DNA from: Octopus sinensis
Taxonomy: Eukaryota
Reading direction: 5' to 3'
Assembly: GCF_006345805.1 (NCBI RefSeq)
Contig: NC_043000.1
Location: forward strand, 112,034,001-112,098,000
DNA: 64,000 nt
Of the stretch, positions 36,773 to 50,901 are shown piece after piece. The translations under genes and the position numbers were made by a program. The notes under the pieces were generated by a model. It worked only from the letters and a program-made list of their open reading frames with translations, did no database searches and was not told where the DNA came from. How positions within the stretch are numbered: position 1 is the first letter of the stretch; every line of letters begins with the position of its first letter.

Positions 36773-39062
36773 AACAACAAACAAGATGAGGACAAATATC
36801 CGTCAAATGCAAATAATATAAAAAAAGGTTCAACAACCATTTTGTGTGTGTGTGGCAATGCTGGTTCTGATGTGTCTACACAGCACTGGAGTAAAATGAT
36901 GGCACAAAATTTCATTGCTACCATGGAAAATTATTGCTCTGCTTTAGAAGTTTTCACTTTATGAGCGATCTCTGGGAACAAATTCATCATTATCATCATC
37001 ATCATCATCATCAGCATCGTCATTTAACGTCTGCTTTCCATGCTGGCATGGGTTGGATGGTTTGACTGAGGACTGGCAAACCAGAAGGCTTCACCGGGCT
37101 TCAATCTGATCTGGCAGAGTTTCTACAGCTGGATTCTGTAGAGACAACCTGAACGCATGATTTAATACTCTGTAGGTGGTTCTGGCAACGACCATGCTCA
37201 AAACGTTTTTTTTACGTGCCACCTGCACGGGAACCAGTCAAGTGGCACTGGCAATGACTACACTCAAAAGTTTTTTTTTCCATGTGCCGGTCGGGTGAAG
37301 CTGGCAATGATCGCGCTCAAATGGTGCTTTTTATGTGCCACCGGCACAGGAGCCAATTCATGGCCCTGGCAACGATCATGCTTGGCTGTGTTTTTAACAT
37401 TCCACTGGCACAAGTGCCAATCAGGCGGAACTGTCATCAGCCACGTCAGCGATTTTGATTTGATTTCACTTTCCTCAATAGGTCTTCACAAGCAAGGTTT
37501 ATTGTCCAATTAACAGATATATATATATATATATATATATAACACAGGCATGGTAGGAAAAAAATTCTAAAGAACAATGAAATTGTCTTACCTCTGCTAG
37601 GTCAGCACATGGCACAGAAGTATTTCTAACTTCTATTTTTAGCTATGCAGGTACTCATTAAGTACCACCTTTGTATGTGTGTGTGTGGCTCCCCAGACCC
37701 CAGTTGAACCGTCCAACCCATGCTAGCATGGAAAGCGGACGTTAAATGATGATGATGATGATGATGATGATGTGATGATGATGATCACCACCACCGCCAC
37801 CACCACCGCCGCCGTCGTCGTCGTCGTCGTCGTTTAATGTCCGCTTTCCATGCTAGCATGGGTTGGACGATTTGACTGAGGACTGGCGAACCAGATAATA
37901 TATTTGTATATTTTGTTAGTTTGCCTGTATGGCTGGTATTCAGCTGGTATTTCAATAGTACTATCGCTCTCATATTTACTTTTATATATTATATATGGAG
38001 AAAGTAAGAGAGAGAGAGAGAGAGAGAGAAGTGTAAAAGCTTTTCTGGCTGTAGAAATCAATATGTTGTCAATGTGGTTGCTGTCCTATGAAGGAAAGGG
38101 AGTAGGTTCAAGTGGAGTCTGAAAGAGTGAATGGGAAGCAGAGGGAGATTGATGGAGGATTAGATAAGGAAGACAGATGCAACGGGAGGAGAGAGAGAGG
38201 TGGGTGGGTGGTTGCTAGGGTTGGTTAGTGATGTCTGGGAATGTGGATGGAACACTTAGAGTTGAGTGTCTTGTTGAAGGAATCTATCTACTTCCATAAT
38301 CAATAACTGATCATATTTGTGATATGGAGGCTTTCATTCATGATCTGATGTTTTGGTAGTTTTGAACGGTCAGGCAAAGTCTGATGCAGTGGGGTAGTGA
38401 TGGGGGTGGCGAATGGTATGATAGCTTGGCAGTATGGTGTTGGTGGTGTTGCTGTAGAATGGTGGCGTTTGGTATAGAATGGAATGGGATGGTTGTGGAG
38501 AGGTATAATGGTATGGAGATACTGTTTGGTGTTGGTGTTTGATGTAGTCGTGTGATGGTTAGATGTAGTGTCGGGATGGTGGTGGTTTGAAATGGCCAAG
38601 AGATGGTATGGCCTGGTGGTGAAATGGCTTGGCATGGTAGAGATGTTGTTTGGTTCAGTGGTGATGGTGCTAACCATTCAGCTGTTCAATGATTTCTTGT
38701 CACAAAGACTTATTGATGGAGATATTGTCACTATGGTGGGGAGGGCAGTGGGGATAAGAAAGATGAAAGGGGAGAAAAAGAAGGATAAGATGATGTAGAA
38801 TAAGAGAAAATGAGAGGGAAAAATTAGAAAAAGAAAGAGAGCCAACTCCATGGAAAATGTGTAGAAATATTTATAGGTACAGGAGTGGCTGTGTGGTAAG
38901 AAGCTTGCTTCCCAACTACATGATTCCAGGTTCAGTACCACTGCGTGGCACCTTGGGCAAGTGTCTTTTACTTTAACCTCGGGTCAACCAATTTCTAGTG
39001 AGTGGATTTGGTAGACAGAAACTGAAAGAATCCCGTCATATATATATATATATATATATATA

Positions 39063-39475
39063 TAGGCACAGGTGTGACTGTGTGATAAGAAACTTGCTTG
39101 CCAACCGCATGGTTCTGGGTTCAGTCCCACTGTGTGGCACCTTGGGCTACTGTCTTCTACTAGAGTCTCGGGCCAACCAAAGCCTTGTGAGTGGATTTGA
39201 TAGATGGAAACTGAAAGAAGCCCATCATATGTATATATATGTATGTATGTATGTGTGTGTGTGTCTTTGTGTCTGTTTGTCCCCCCCCCCACCATCACTT
39301 GATAACTGATGCTGGTGTGTTTACATCCCCGTAACTTAGCAGTTCGGCAAAAGTGACCGATAGAATAAGCACTAGGCTTATAAAGAATAAGTCCTGGTGT
39401 CAATTTGTTTGACTAAAGGCAGTGCTCCAGCATGGCCACAGTCAAATGACTGAAACGCATAAAAGGTTCAAAGAA
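39063..39475 (+). mobile_element. tRNA-headed composite SINE (family B), representative copy
   Basis: GGCACAGGTGTGACTGTGTG..GGTTCAGTCCC head, internal (TA/TG)n, tail ..CAGTCAAATGACTGAAAC. Related copies at ~12095, 15690, 19885(-), 34415, 40715(-), 48535(-), 52173, 53075, 57405 and elsewhere. Confidence 0.8.
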
Positions 39476-39849
39476 TATAAGGTGGTGGAGTTGGTGGAAC
39501 CATTAGCATGCTGATCAAAATGCTTGGCCAAATTTTGTCTGTCTTTAGGTTCTGAGTTCAAATTCTACTGAGGTCAACTTTGCCTTTCATTGTTTCAGGG
39601 TTGATAACATAAGTAGCAGTTAAACATCAGGGTCAGTGTAATCGACTTATGCCCTCCCTTGAAATTGCTGGCTTCAGGCCAATATTTCAGGGGTGTGGGT
39701 AACTTAACCCCTTTTGAAACCAGTATCCCTTTATGTTCTGAGTTCAAATCTCACCGAAGTCTTCTTTGCCTTTTGTCATTCTGGGTTTGCTAAAATAAAG
39801 AATTATATATTTTTGTTGTGTGTATGTTCATTCAGTTCATGTCATGTCC

Positions 39850-40250
39850 AATGGTGACTCACTGTTGAAAAGTACTCAAGACTTGTTCATCAAAAAACGA
39901 GCTTTGTTTCAACAAGACAATGCAAAGCTACACACTGCCAGAAAGACCAGCACCAAGATTGAAGAACTGGACGGTGTAGAAGTTCTGCCACATCCAGCCT
40001 ATAGTCCCGGACGTTGCTCCATCTGACTAAGGTCTCTTCCAATCAATGCAACACTTTATGAAAGGTTACCGATTTGAGTCAATCAATGAAGTTGAAGAAG
40101 CCTGTCAAGAGTTTTTTGATTCAAAGCCAAAGGATTGGTACTTTGACCAAATCCGAAAGCTTGCAGATCGTTGGCAGAAATTCATAGAAAATGATGGTCT
40201 TTATTTTGAAGAATAGTTGTTGTTGTTTTTGAATAAATTCTTGCATGAAT
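39850..40250 (+). mobile_element. Mariner transposase C-terminal relic
   Basis: FQQDNAKLH..LPHPAYSP(fs)DVAPSD*GLFQSMQH...RWQKFIENDGLYFEE*. Confidence 0.85.
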
Positions 40251-40254
40251 TCTT

Positions 40255-40636
40255 AGTTGATTGCTGTCAACATCCGATGGCCGACCACTACGTTTATCAT
40301 CTTCTAGACTATCGTCACCGCTATGAAATTTCTTGAACCACCATTGTGCTGTACGTTCATTAGTGGTTGCTGGGTCAAACGCATTGTTGATATCGTGAGC
40401 TGTTATATCAGTAGCTTTCCAGCCTAGCTTGAACTGGAATAAGAAAATTGTGCGAATTTGCCTTTTGTCCATGTTGTATTCAACATTCCGGAAAAAATGG
40501 CCTAATTATTCAAAAGGAAAAAGGGCAACACGATTTAGATAGAACAAATTCAAACAGGCTTTAAAATAATTTTGAAAATACATAATTTAAAACCAAAATG
40601 ATGTATTTTAAAATTTCGCAAGAACTTTCTCAACAA

Positions 40637-40638
<2 letters not shown>
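40255..40638 (-). mobile_element. Mariner 5' relic (Hsmar1/cecropia-like) with TIR
   Basis: MDKRQIRTIFLFQFKLG..NNAF..TNERTAQWWFKKF.SGD.SLEDDKRSGRPS; TIR TA|GGTTGTTGAGAAAGTTCTTGCGAAAT at 40638. Confidence 0.85.
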
Positions 40639-40716
<78 letters not shown>

Positions 40717-42329
40717 ATGGGCTTCCTTCAGTTTCTGTCTCCCAAATCCACTGACTAGGTATTGGTCAGCCTGAGGCTTTGGTAAAAGACATTTGGCCTA
40801 AGGTGCCATGCAGTGGGAATGAACCCGGAGTCATGTGGTTGGGAAGCAAACAGCCATGCATGCACCCATATGTCCGAATAAATGATGGAATGGTCACCTT
40901 TGGAATATCATTGATCATATGTCAACCGGTTGAGGACCGACCTGTGGTTAAATAACTTTTATCGCCATTGTTGTTTGTTCTCATCTTCTCGTCCCTCTAT
41001 AAACCATGTTTTTCTCTTTTTTTTCTTGACCCTCTCTCTCTCTCTCTCTCTCTCGTTCAGGGCTTTGTGTTTCACACCTCTCACTCACACTCACAGTTCC
41101 TTTCTCTCCCCACTGGAGTTTGAGAGACTCTTGACTGATCACTACGGTCCATCTGGCTGACGTTAAGCGTACACACACACAAACACACTCCCTATTTGTC
41201 TCTGTTTCCGTCTGTCTGTCTCCCTCTCTCTCTCCCTCACATCTTTGATGACAGTAACAAAGGTAGAAGAGAGAAAAAAACAGACTATATATCCATGTAG
41301 AAATAATAGCATGGCTAAAGATAGTGAAATGAGGTGTGTGGATGAGCGGTTATTTACTGGAGTGAGCCCGGATCAAAGGTGTTCCAACCATGACAACCTT
41401 GTCAGTTTGCATATTTGGGTATATTGTTCAAAGGATCCTTTTCTTTTTCATTTTTTTTCGAGACTGTATGATGTATAATTTGAGGGAAATCTGACTGCTA
41501 TTTCTAGCATGTCGAGCGACCACCACAGGCTCCTCTTGAGTTCGTGGCGGTACAGTTAAATAAGCAATTCAAGTTAAAGAGAGAGAGAGAGGGAGGGGAG
41601 AGAGATCGCTAGAAATATGGATGGTGAGGGAGCCTCTCAGAAACAACAGCCAAAATCTCATTCAGACCACATCCTATGTAAAATAAGATGACATAGACGG
41701 AAAAGGAAAGAGTGGAGAAAATAGTCACGGCTGGAGTGTCGTTGATCATAGGTCAGCTTCTGCTTTACTGTAAAATACTGAAAATGTTTTATTCAATATT
41801 AAAAGAATTGGGCTTTTTTATTTAAAGTAATGAACAGAGAAAGATTTAATATCGCAGTTTTGTGTTACTTTCTTATAATCATTTTAATTTAAATGATGTC
41901 CAGGTAATTAAATATATAAATATAAATGTATATGTTGTTTGTGTGTGGAATTATGATTTCATCAAAAAAATTTATAAATCAACCGCATTTCAAATTTTAC
42001 GGAAACGTTTTTGGTTTCTGATTTCCTAATCAATTTGTCTAATAACGTTTACTCGACGTTTCCAATTCAAATGATAATGACCAGGTAGATGAATATACAG
42101 GTGTTTAAACGTAATCCGTTTGTAATTGAAATTCAGAAATAAACGATATTTTGTTTGCCTTTTATAATTACGTTTTCCGCCTGGAATGAAAATGAAGATT
42201 TTGATTTAGAGAAAGTGGAACAGAATGATGTTATTGATAGTTGCATGGTTTTATTTTCGTTATTTTGTTCGTGTTGTTGCAATAGGGATGCTCATTTAGG
42301 GTTCGTTTGGGGCTAATCAATAATTGATG

Positions 42330-42454
42330 TCATTATGTAGATAGACAGATAGATAGACCGGCATACAGACAGAAAGATAGACAAATAGATAGACAGACAG
42401 ACAGATAGATAGATAAATAGACCGACAGACAGCCAGCCAGCCAGACAGACAGGC

Positions 42455-42526
<72 letters not shown>

Positions 42527-42905
42527 GGACAAATAGATAGATAGATAGATGGACAAATAGATAGACAGACAGACAGACATAGATAGGCAGACATACAGAT
42601 AGATAGATAAATAGACAGACAGACAGATAGATAGATAGATAGATAGACAGACAAATAGATAGATAGACAGACAGACAGACAGGCAGACATACAGATAGAT
42701 AGATAAATAGACAGACAGACAGACAGATAGATAGATGATAGATAGATAGACAAATAGATAGATAGATAGATAGACAGACAGGCAGACATACAGATAGATA
42801 GATAAATAGACAGACAGACAGATAGATAGATAGATAGACAGACAGACAAATAGATAGATAGACAGACAGACAGACATAGATAGACATACAGACAGATAGC
42901 TAGAT
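42330..42905. repeat. (GATA/GACA)n tetranucleotide tract, ~580 bp
   Basis: Direct inspection; this tract generates the SIYL/SVCL pseudo-ORFs. Confidence 0.97.
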
Positions 42906-43623
42906 AAAGTGGTCGATTGATGAATGAATAAAGAGATACAGAGACAAGACATAGAAAGACAATAAGATGAATAGATGGGCGGAAGAAAGAGCCGAGACAT
43001 GGTTGAAGAGGAGAATATTTCGTTCATTGAAAAATAATCGACATCTATGTTCCCCTTTTGTCTCCTCCTCCTCCTCCTGCTGTTGTTGTTCCTACTTGAG
43101 AAAGAATGGAGTTGGTTGGAGTTAATAAATTACGTCTTCCTGCCGTGTCACATGTAGTCTTACTTTTCCACAAGACATACCACGTGTGTGTGTTACGAGC
43201 GTCAAATATCGACATAAATAAACACAATTTGTGAACTCTATTCACGCATCTCCATGCATTTATCCTTCCCACATGTCATGACTTCGTGAATATATGTATT
43301 TGTGTATGTGTGTGCGCATATGTACCGATGTACACATGTTTGTATATGTATTTATATATGCGTGTGTGAGTATCACACCCGCTTTCTTGTTATATATGTA
43401 AGTATATAATGATACGTATGTATGTCATCACCATCGACGTCTTCATCATCGCCTTCGTCCTCGCCGCCCTCCTCCATCTATTTTCCGTGCTGAAACGGTT
43501 GGGTTGGATCCCCACCTTCTCTGAGTCAGACCTTATAAAGGAGTTCCTGCACTTGTAGAGTCAAAGGACCACACCTCATCCCTATATTCTATTTTCCGCA
43601 TGATTTCCCTGTTTCTTTACTGC

Positions 43624-43840
43624 CCACAAGGGGCTAAACACAGAAAGGACAAACAAGGACAGACAAACGGATTAAGTCGATGACATCGACCCAGTGCGTA
43701 ACTGGTACTTAATTTATCGACCCCAGAAGGATGAAAGGCAAAGTCGAGCTCGGCGGAATTTGAACTCAGAACGTAACGGCAGACGAAATACTGCTAAGCA
43801 TTTCGCCCGGCGCGCTAAAGTTTCTGCCAGCTCGCCACCT
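43624..43840 (-). mobile_element. SINE family D, representative copy
   Basis: GGCGAGCTGGCAGAAAC..GTTCTGAGTTCAAATTCCGCCGAGCTCGAC core. Copies at ~11050, 24990, 28910, 39480, 46780-48010 and 51270. Confidence 0.75.
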
Positions 43841-46167
43841 TATATTTGTCATATTATAGCACCAGCTGGAAGTGAAGGCACGTGGCTTTGTGGTTAGGGG
43901 GTATTCGGCAGCACACTGTGTCCTTGAGCAAGACACTTTTTTTCACATTGCTCCTGTCCATTCGACTGGCAAAAACGAATTGTACCTGAGTTTCAGAGAG
44001 CTAGCCTTGTCCCATTCTGTGTCATGCTGAATCATCATCATCATCATCATCATTTAACGTCCGGTTTCCATGCTGGCATGGGTTGGACGGTTTGACTGGA
44101 GTCTGGCAAGCTGGTAGGCTGCACCAGGCTCCAGTCTGATCTGGCAGTGTTTCTACAGCTGGATGCCCTTCCTAATGCCAACCACTCCAAGAGTGTAGTG
44201 GGTGCTTTTACGTGCCACCGTCACATGAGCCAGCCCTCTGCGAGAACTACATTATGGGTAGACATGTCTGTGGAGTGCTCAGCCACTTGTATATTCGCTT
44301 AACGAGCAGTCTGTTTTGTTGATTGGATCATCTGGAACCTTGTCATCGCAACTGACAGAGTGCCAGAAGAATAAATACCAGCCAGAGTGAGATTACTCTG
44401 TATGTCCATAAGGCTAAAATCTCCTCACTATTCGATGTTGTTTTGTTTCATTCAGGGCAGCCTGACCTACAGGGTGAATAGAGAAGGGGCCAATTGCTGA
44501 AGATCAGCTAGAGTGCTGTGTGAAAGAAAAGGGAGTATGAGGGAAGTGGGGGGAACCGGTGATGGAGTGAGGGTAGAGGAGGGAGAAATGAGACAATGTT
44601 CTGTTTTCCATATACAGTTATCAGGGGCTAAGAGAGATGTGGTTCAGCTGGTACACTAGTCTGGGATTTGAATATTCAAAAAGACAACTGCCACCACCAC
44701 CACCATCACTACCATGAATTTCTGATGAGGAGGGAGAAGGAGGAGCTCCCAGCTCTTCCCAAAGCAACCTTGTTTCACGTCGCAGAATTTCTCTGCGAGT
44801 CCCTGATCGTTATGTCAGGCTTATACAATTTAGCTCCTAACAAGTAGAACTGAAGTGGTTCAAATATTGGAACGCCTTCATTTCCTTTGGATTTCTGGAA
44901 ATTGCTTTGCCCAAAAGACATAATACTTCTCATTGGTGTTCCTGTGCTGTGGTGAGCCAGTTTATTGCAGGGCCAGTCACATCACAGATAATATTAACAG
45001 ATTTTAGAGAAGCTTTGGATGTATCATCTACTCCAATTTCTGGCCTGTATGTGGTGGACAGTGGCCTTTCTATCAGTATATTTCAGAATCTCTCCTTGAC
45101 TTGATGGACCAGCTCATTACAGCAAAATATGGATGCTCAGGTAATCCATGTGTTAGATATTATAGGATAACATTATAGAATTTGTGGCACATGCTAGTCG
45201 TTAACCTAGGATAACATTAAGAACAGCTGGACATGTTATCAGTTAACCTTTTTTTAAAAAATTTTCTTTGAGCCCTAGAATTCATCAGGCTGGTGACCCA
45301 GTTTCCATGGCATATTAGTGGCCAAAATCACAAGATTCCACCTGAATAGGATGCCAGTCTGTTGTAGGGTTCAAAACCAGCAATTTATTTATTCATTTAT
45401 TATTATTATCATTATTATTATTATTATTATGAGAGAGCAGTGCATGCCATCAAAGTGACACCGGGGTAAAATATACGAAGCCCAGGGTTACAAACACAGA
45501 CACAAAGACATACAAACACACACACCCATATATGATGACTTTTCATCTTCCAGATTCATCCCTAGGATTTTAGAATTGACCTGCAGCTATAGTAGAAAAT
45601 ACTTGCCCAAGGTGCCACTCAGTGGAACTGAACCTGAAACTATGGGGTTGGGAAGCAAACTTACCTCTACAGCTATGGCTCCACCTGAAATTATTATCTT
45701 ATCTCTTATTTGCATCAGTTATTGGACTGTGGCCATACTGGGGCACTGCCGTGAAGGGTTTAGTCAAACAAATTGACCCCTTTTTGTAAGTTTGGTACAT
45801 ATCCTGTTGGTCTCTTTTGCCAAACTGCTAAGTTACAGTGATGTAAACAAACAAACACCGGCTGTCAAGAGGTGATGGGGGTACATATACCAACACAAAG
45901 ACACTCACACATACATATATATGTGTATATATGATGGGATTCAACACAGTTTCCATTCAGCAAATTCACTTACAAGACATTGGTCAACCCAAGGCTATAG
46001 AAGAAGACACTCGATCAAGGTACCGCACCACGGGACTTTGCCTTTCATCGTTTTGGGGGTCAATAAATAAGTACCAGTTGTGTACTGGGGTTGATGCAAC
46101 TGAGTTAATCCTCCCCCTAAATTGCTGGCCTTGTGCCAAAATGTGAAACCATTTTCTTATTATTATT

Positions 46168-46718
46168 ATTGAGTGAAAGAGCAGTGCATGCCATCAAAGT
46201 GACACTGGGGTAAAATATACGAAGCCCAGTATACCCATCATGACTACCCATCTGATAAGGGTACACCAGGCACATGCATCACAACCATATGTGCGCAACA
46301 TGGAGATCTCATATCAACATAAGCAGAGCATGACTTTGCAGGTGGGGCTCAGTCAGAATTTTCTTCTGGTCGAGTAACCCATCCCGCTCAAAAGGTCCCT
46401 GAATAAGGATTGTTTAAGGATGTTGAACGAAATGCCCATGTTTCCAGAGGTGAATTATCCAAACCCCAAAGAATCCCTCCCAAACATGGTTATGATGCTA
46501 CCCCACTACTTCTGCTCGTGATCAGAGATGCACATATCGTTAGCCACTAAGGGACATGCTCAACTGGTTACGGTCAAACAACTGACAAGCAAATCTGTGG
46601 TATTGAGCAGAATATTTGCTGTAGCCCATCTTTTTTACCAAGATAAAACATGATAACACTTCCAATCAGTTAAGATCAGAAGCCATGAGAGCCACTGCCT
46701 GGTACTGCATCAGGGCAT
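46168..46718 (-). mobile_element. (TAA)n-tailed retroposon 3' segment
   Basis: Ends ..GCATGCACTGCTCTTTCACTCAATAATAAT on the minus strand; homologous pieces at 36430-36645(+) and 45428-45487(-). Confidence 0.6.
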
Positions 46719-49249
46719 TTATCATCATCCTCTTCGTTGTTGTCGTCGTCGTCGTCATCATCATCATCAGAGTGGATGAGGCAGCAAGCTGGCAGAATTG
46801 TTAGCAGGCCAGATAAAATGCTTAGCGGTATTTTGTCTGCCACTATATTCTGAGTTCAAATTCTGCCGAGGTCAACTTTGACTCCCATCATTTCGGGGTT
46901 GAAATAAGTACCAGTTATGCACTGGGCAATATAATCAACTAGCCCTCTTCCCCAAAAATTTTCAAGGCCTTGTAGAAATAATAATCATCATCATCATCAC
47001 CATCATCGTTTAATGTCTGCTTTCCATGCTGGCATGGGTTGGACAGTTTGACCGAGAGCTGGCAAGCCAGGAGGTCACACCAGGCTCCAGTCTGATCTGG
47101 CAGTATTTCTACAGCTGGATGCCCTTCCTAATGCCAACCAGTCTGAGAGTGTAGTGGGTGCTTTTTATGTGCCACCAGCATGGGGAGCCAATCAAGCAGC
47201 ACTGGTAACGACCCATGCATGAATGGTGCTTATTGTGTGCCACCAGCATGCAAGGTGGATAAGGCGGCAAGCTGGCAGAATTGTTAGCATGCCAGACAAA
47301 ATGCTTAGTTGTGTTTTTTCTGTCTTTACATTCTGAATTCAAATTCTGCCGAGGTCAGCTTTGCCTTTCATCCTGTTGGGGTTGATAAATTATGTACCAG
47401 TGAATTACTGGGGTCCATCTACTCTAGGCTCAAGGCTCGAAATTTTTGGGAAGTGGGCCAATCAATTAGAACGACTCCCAGTATGCAACTGATACTTAAT
47501 TTATCAACCCTGAAAGGATGAAAGGCAAAGTCGACCTTGGCAGAATTTGAACTCAGAATGTAAAGACAAACAAAATACCACTAAGCATTTCACCCAGCGT
47601 GCTAACGTTTCTGCCAGCTCGCCACCTTTAAAATATTCTTGTCTAGCGGAGGGGGCTAGTCAATTAGATCAACCCCAGAATGTAAGTGTTACTTAATTTG
47701 TTGACCCCAAAAGGATGAAAGGCAAAGTTGACCATGGCAGAATTTGAACTAAAAAAGTAAAAACAGACGAAATACCGCTAAGCTCACCACCTTAGGCATT
47801 ATTTATATTGGCAAGCTGACAGTATTGTTAGCATGCTGGGTGAAATGCTTAGTGGCATTTTTTAGCTCTTTATGTTCTGAGTTCAAATTTCACCCAAGCT
47901 GACTTTGCCTTTCATCCCTTTCAGGGTTGATAAAATAAGTACCACTCAAGCACTGGGATCAATGCTTTATCCCTTCCTCTGAAATGGCTGGCATTGTACC
48001 AAAATTGGAAACCAGTATTTCAAAGACTATAACCCCTTCTTCCAAATTTTGAACCTTAGTCATCATCATTTTTGTTGACAAAATTTTAGAACATCAAACA
48101 AAATGGTTTGCTCGATTTATTCTTACACTTATTCCAATCATTTTGACTGTGGTCATGCTGGAGCACTGCCTTTTAGTTGAAGAAATCAACCCCTTGAGCT
48201 TATTCTTTGTAAGATTATTCTCTTGGTGTCTTTTGCCGAACCGCTAACTTACAGGAACGTAAACACACCAACATCAGTTGACAAGCGATGGTGGATGGAC
48301 AAACACAGACACAGAAATATATACATACATATATATATATAGGGAGATATGTATAAGAAGGGATGACCGCTAAGTGGACATCCAATATGCTAGATCACCT
48401 ACGATCTAACCACATGTAATACAATTTTTCTTGAATTTTCAGATTTTTATATATGCTAGGCTACTTGTTTTAAATTGATGTTAATTAAATTAATATTCAA
48501 TTTATCACCCTCATTATTTAAATATATATATATACGACAAGCTTCTTTCAGTTTCCGTCTGCCAAATCCACTTACAAGGCTTCGGTCGGTCTGAGACTGT
48601 AGTAGAAGACACTTGCCTAAGGTGCCATGCAGTGCAACTGAACTTTGAACCCTGAATCATGCGATTGAGAAGCAAGATTCTTACCACACAGCCACGCCCG
48701 CGCCTATATATTTGTTCAAGTTCCGTACGTTTTGCGTTCAAATTAGTCATTTGCTTTTCATTCTTCTGAAATAGAGCACCAAATGCTGTATTGCAAAGAA
48801 GTGACTGTTCTTTCCTCCTCATATTCCTGGCTTTCTCTTTGTTGCAGAATTTATTATTACAGTTGTACACCTGAAGAATTACTACTGTTCAACCAACATC
48901 ATGAATCTCATCTTTAATTCCCAAACAAAAAGGGAAACGTAGAGAAGGTGTTTACTTCTGTTTGTGTCTGCAAACAGACATCTCACTCTGGTTAAAGGCA
49001 CAGAGACAAGTGCCACCACTGGTTGTTGACGAAAACAACATAGACCCCATGGTTAGTGACGGACCACAAGACTTATCTCAATGAATGAGTTATCACAGAT
49101 GACCCATTGAAAATTATTTGTAAACCTAATTGTCCCTTACCCAGATCCCGAACTTATTCTTGTCTAACTTCTATTTATAAACAACAGTTACACATCTAGC
49201 CATTACCGTCTTTATCCCTTCTTAGGCTAAGACCGCATTTTCTCCTTTA

Positions 49250-50110
49250 ATCCGCGGCTACCTTCTTCTCAATGTCTATTTCCTCACACAATAGAACAAT
49301 ACTCTCACGTTTCCTCTCATTCAGCTTTCCCTATTTCCCCCTTCAATATTAAACTATTATTCATCGTCCCTAATCCTTGCATCAATTGATAATCTCCAAT
49401 CCAACAACAGTTGTCTTTAATCCTCTACCTTCCTACCTCGCCTGCCTCATTTACTCTTTCTCTCTCCCCCTCTCTAACACTTTCTCTGTTTCTCTCCTTG
49501 CTCCTCCCTTTACTCTTTTCTCTCTGTACCAATCTACCCTTTCCTCCTTCTTCCTCTTTTTTCAAAATCATTGTTTTTCCCCTCTCTCTTTTTTCTCCCA
49601 TCTTCTCTATTTTTCACTTATTTTCCTCCCTCATTCAACCTATTCTTTCTCTTTTCTCCCCCTGCCTTTTTTTTAATGCTTACTTCCTCCCTCACCTCCT
49701 CATCCTTCCGTCTTCATACACACTTCCCTCCTTTTCCGTTTCACACACGCACGCACATACACACACATGCAAGAGTGCTCACACACAACTTTACTTCCTC
49801 AGTCTTTCTCTGTATACGGCACACACACACACACACATACATCTGAACACACAGACACAATTCAAGTCTCCTCTCTTTCCTTCAATCACATCTACACTCC
49901 CTCTCCCTTCTCCTCTCGCTCTGTCCAAATACTTCTAGCGTTCCTCGGAGAGAAACAAAAGATCTAGAGAGAGAGGGGGAGGAATGGGAAAGGACGTAGG
50001 TAGAGAGACAGAGAGAAAAAGAGACAGAACGGGAGGGAGGGAGAGAAGACGAATGTATAGACAGATAGGAAGTCAGACAGAGAGGGAAAGAGAGAAGGGG
50101 AGGAGAAATG
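49250..50110. repeat. Polypyrimidine tract followed by a polypurine tract
   Basis: CT-rich 49250-49930, then AG-rich 49950-50110. Confidence 0.8.
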
Positions 50111-50901
50111 AGCCAGACCAGCTGACTGAACTGGAAGGCTTTTGGGAAGCTCAACTGTAGGATTTTATAACGGAACCAAGTCTGAGAGAGAAATATTACA
50201 GGGACATAGATATATATATATATACATACACACACACACACATATATATATATATACATACTCATGTATATACCCTCGATCTCTTTATATTAATTCAACA
50301 CACCCAGGAATATATAACATTATACATACATCAATATATATAATATATATATGTATATATATTTATGTATATAAGCATACATGTGTCTATTTGTCTAAAT
50401 ATGTGCGTTTAGTTCCTGTCTAGTGTTTATTATATAGTCTCCTGTATATACACTCATTTGTCTGTTATGTGTATGTATATGTTTGTCTAATGTGTGTGCT
50501 ATTGTCTATATATATTTATTTATATACATGAACTAGTCTAGTTTGGACAATGTGTGTATATACATGCTTTGTGTGTAAACGTGTATGTATAAAAAATTTT
50601 ACTATGAGTCTACCCATGTGTCTATAACATAAGTCTGTGGTGTGTGTGTCTATATATATATGTATATATATATATTTATGTACATATATGTATGAAGTGT
50701 GTCCTCATGTATTTATAACAGTATTTGTGTGTGTGTGTATATATACCTAGGTGTATATACAAAAATGTAAAAAACTGAGTGTGTACGCATGTATGTGTTA
50801 ATATAAGTCTTTTGCAGAGCTACGCACATATGTATAAGCTAGTCGAGTGTGTATATGTATATTTACACATGTATATCTAAACTAGTCTACCACTGTCCAT
50901 A

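Noticed and set aside
41095-41165. Possible minus-strand first exon MDRSDQSRVSQTPVGRERN|GTGAGT
   Set aside because: No recognisable protein or convincing partner exons; could occur by chance.
42313-43027. Long 178-236 aa ORFs
   Set aside because: They come entirely from the (GATA/GACA)n tract.
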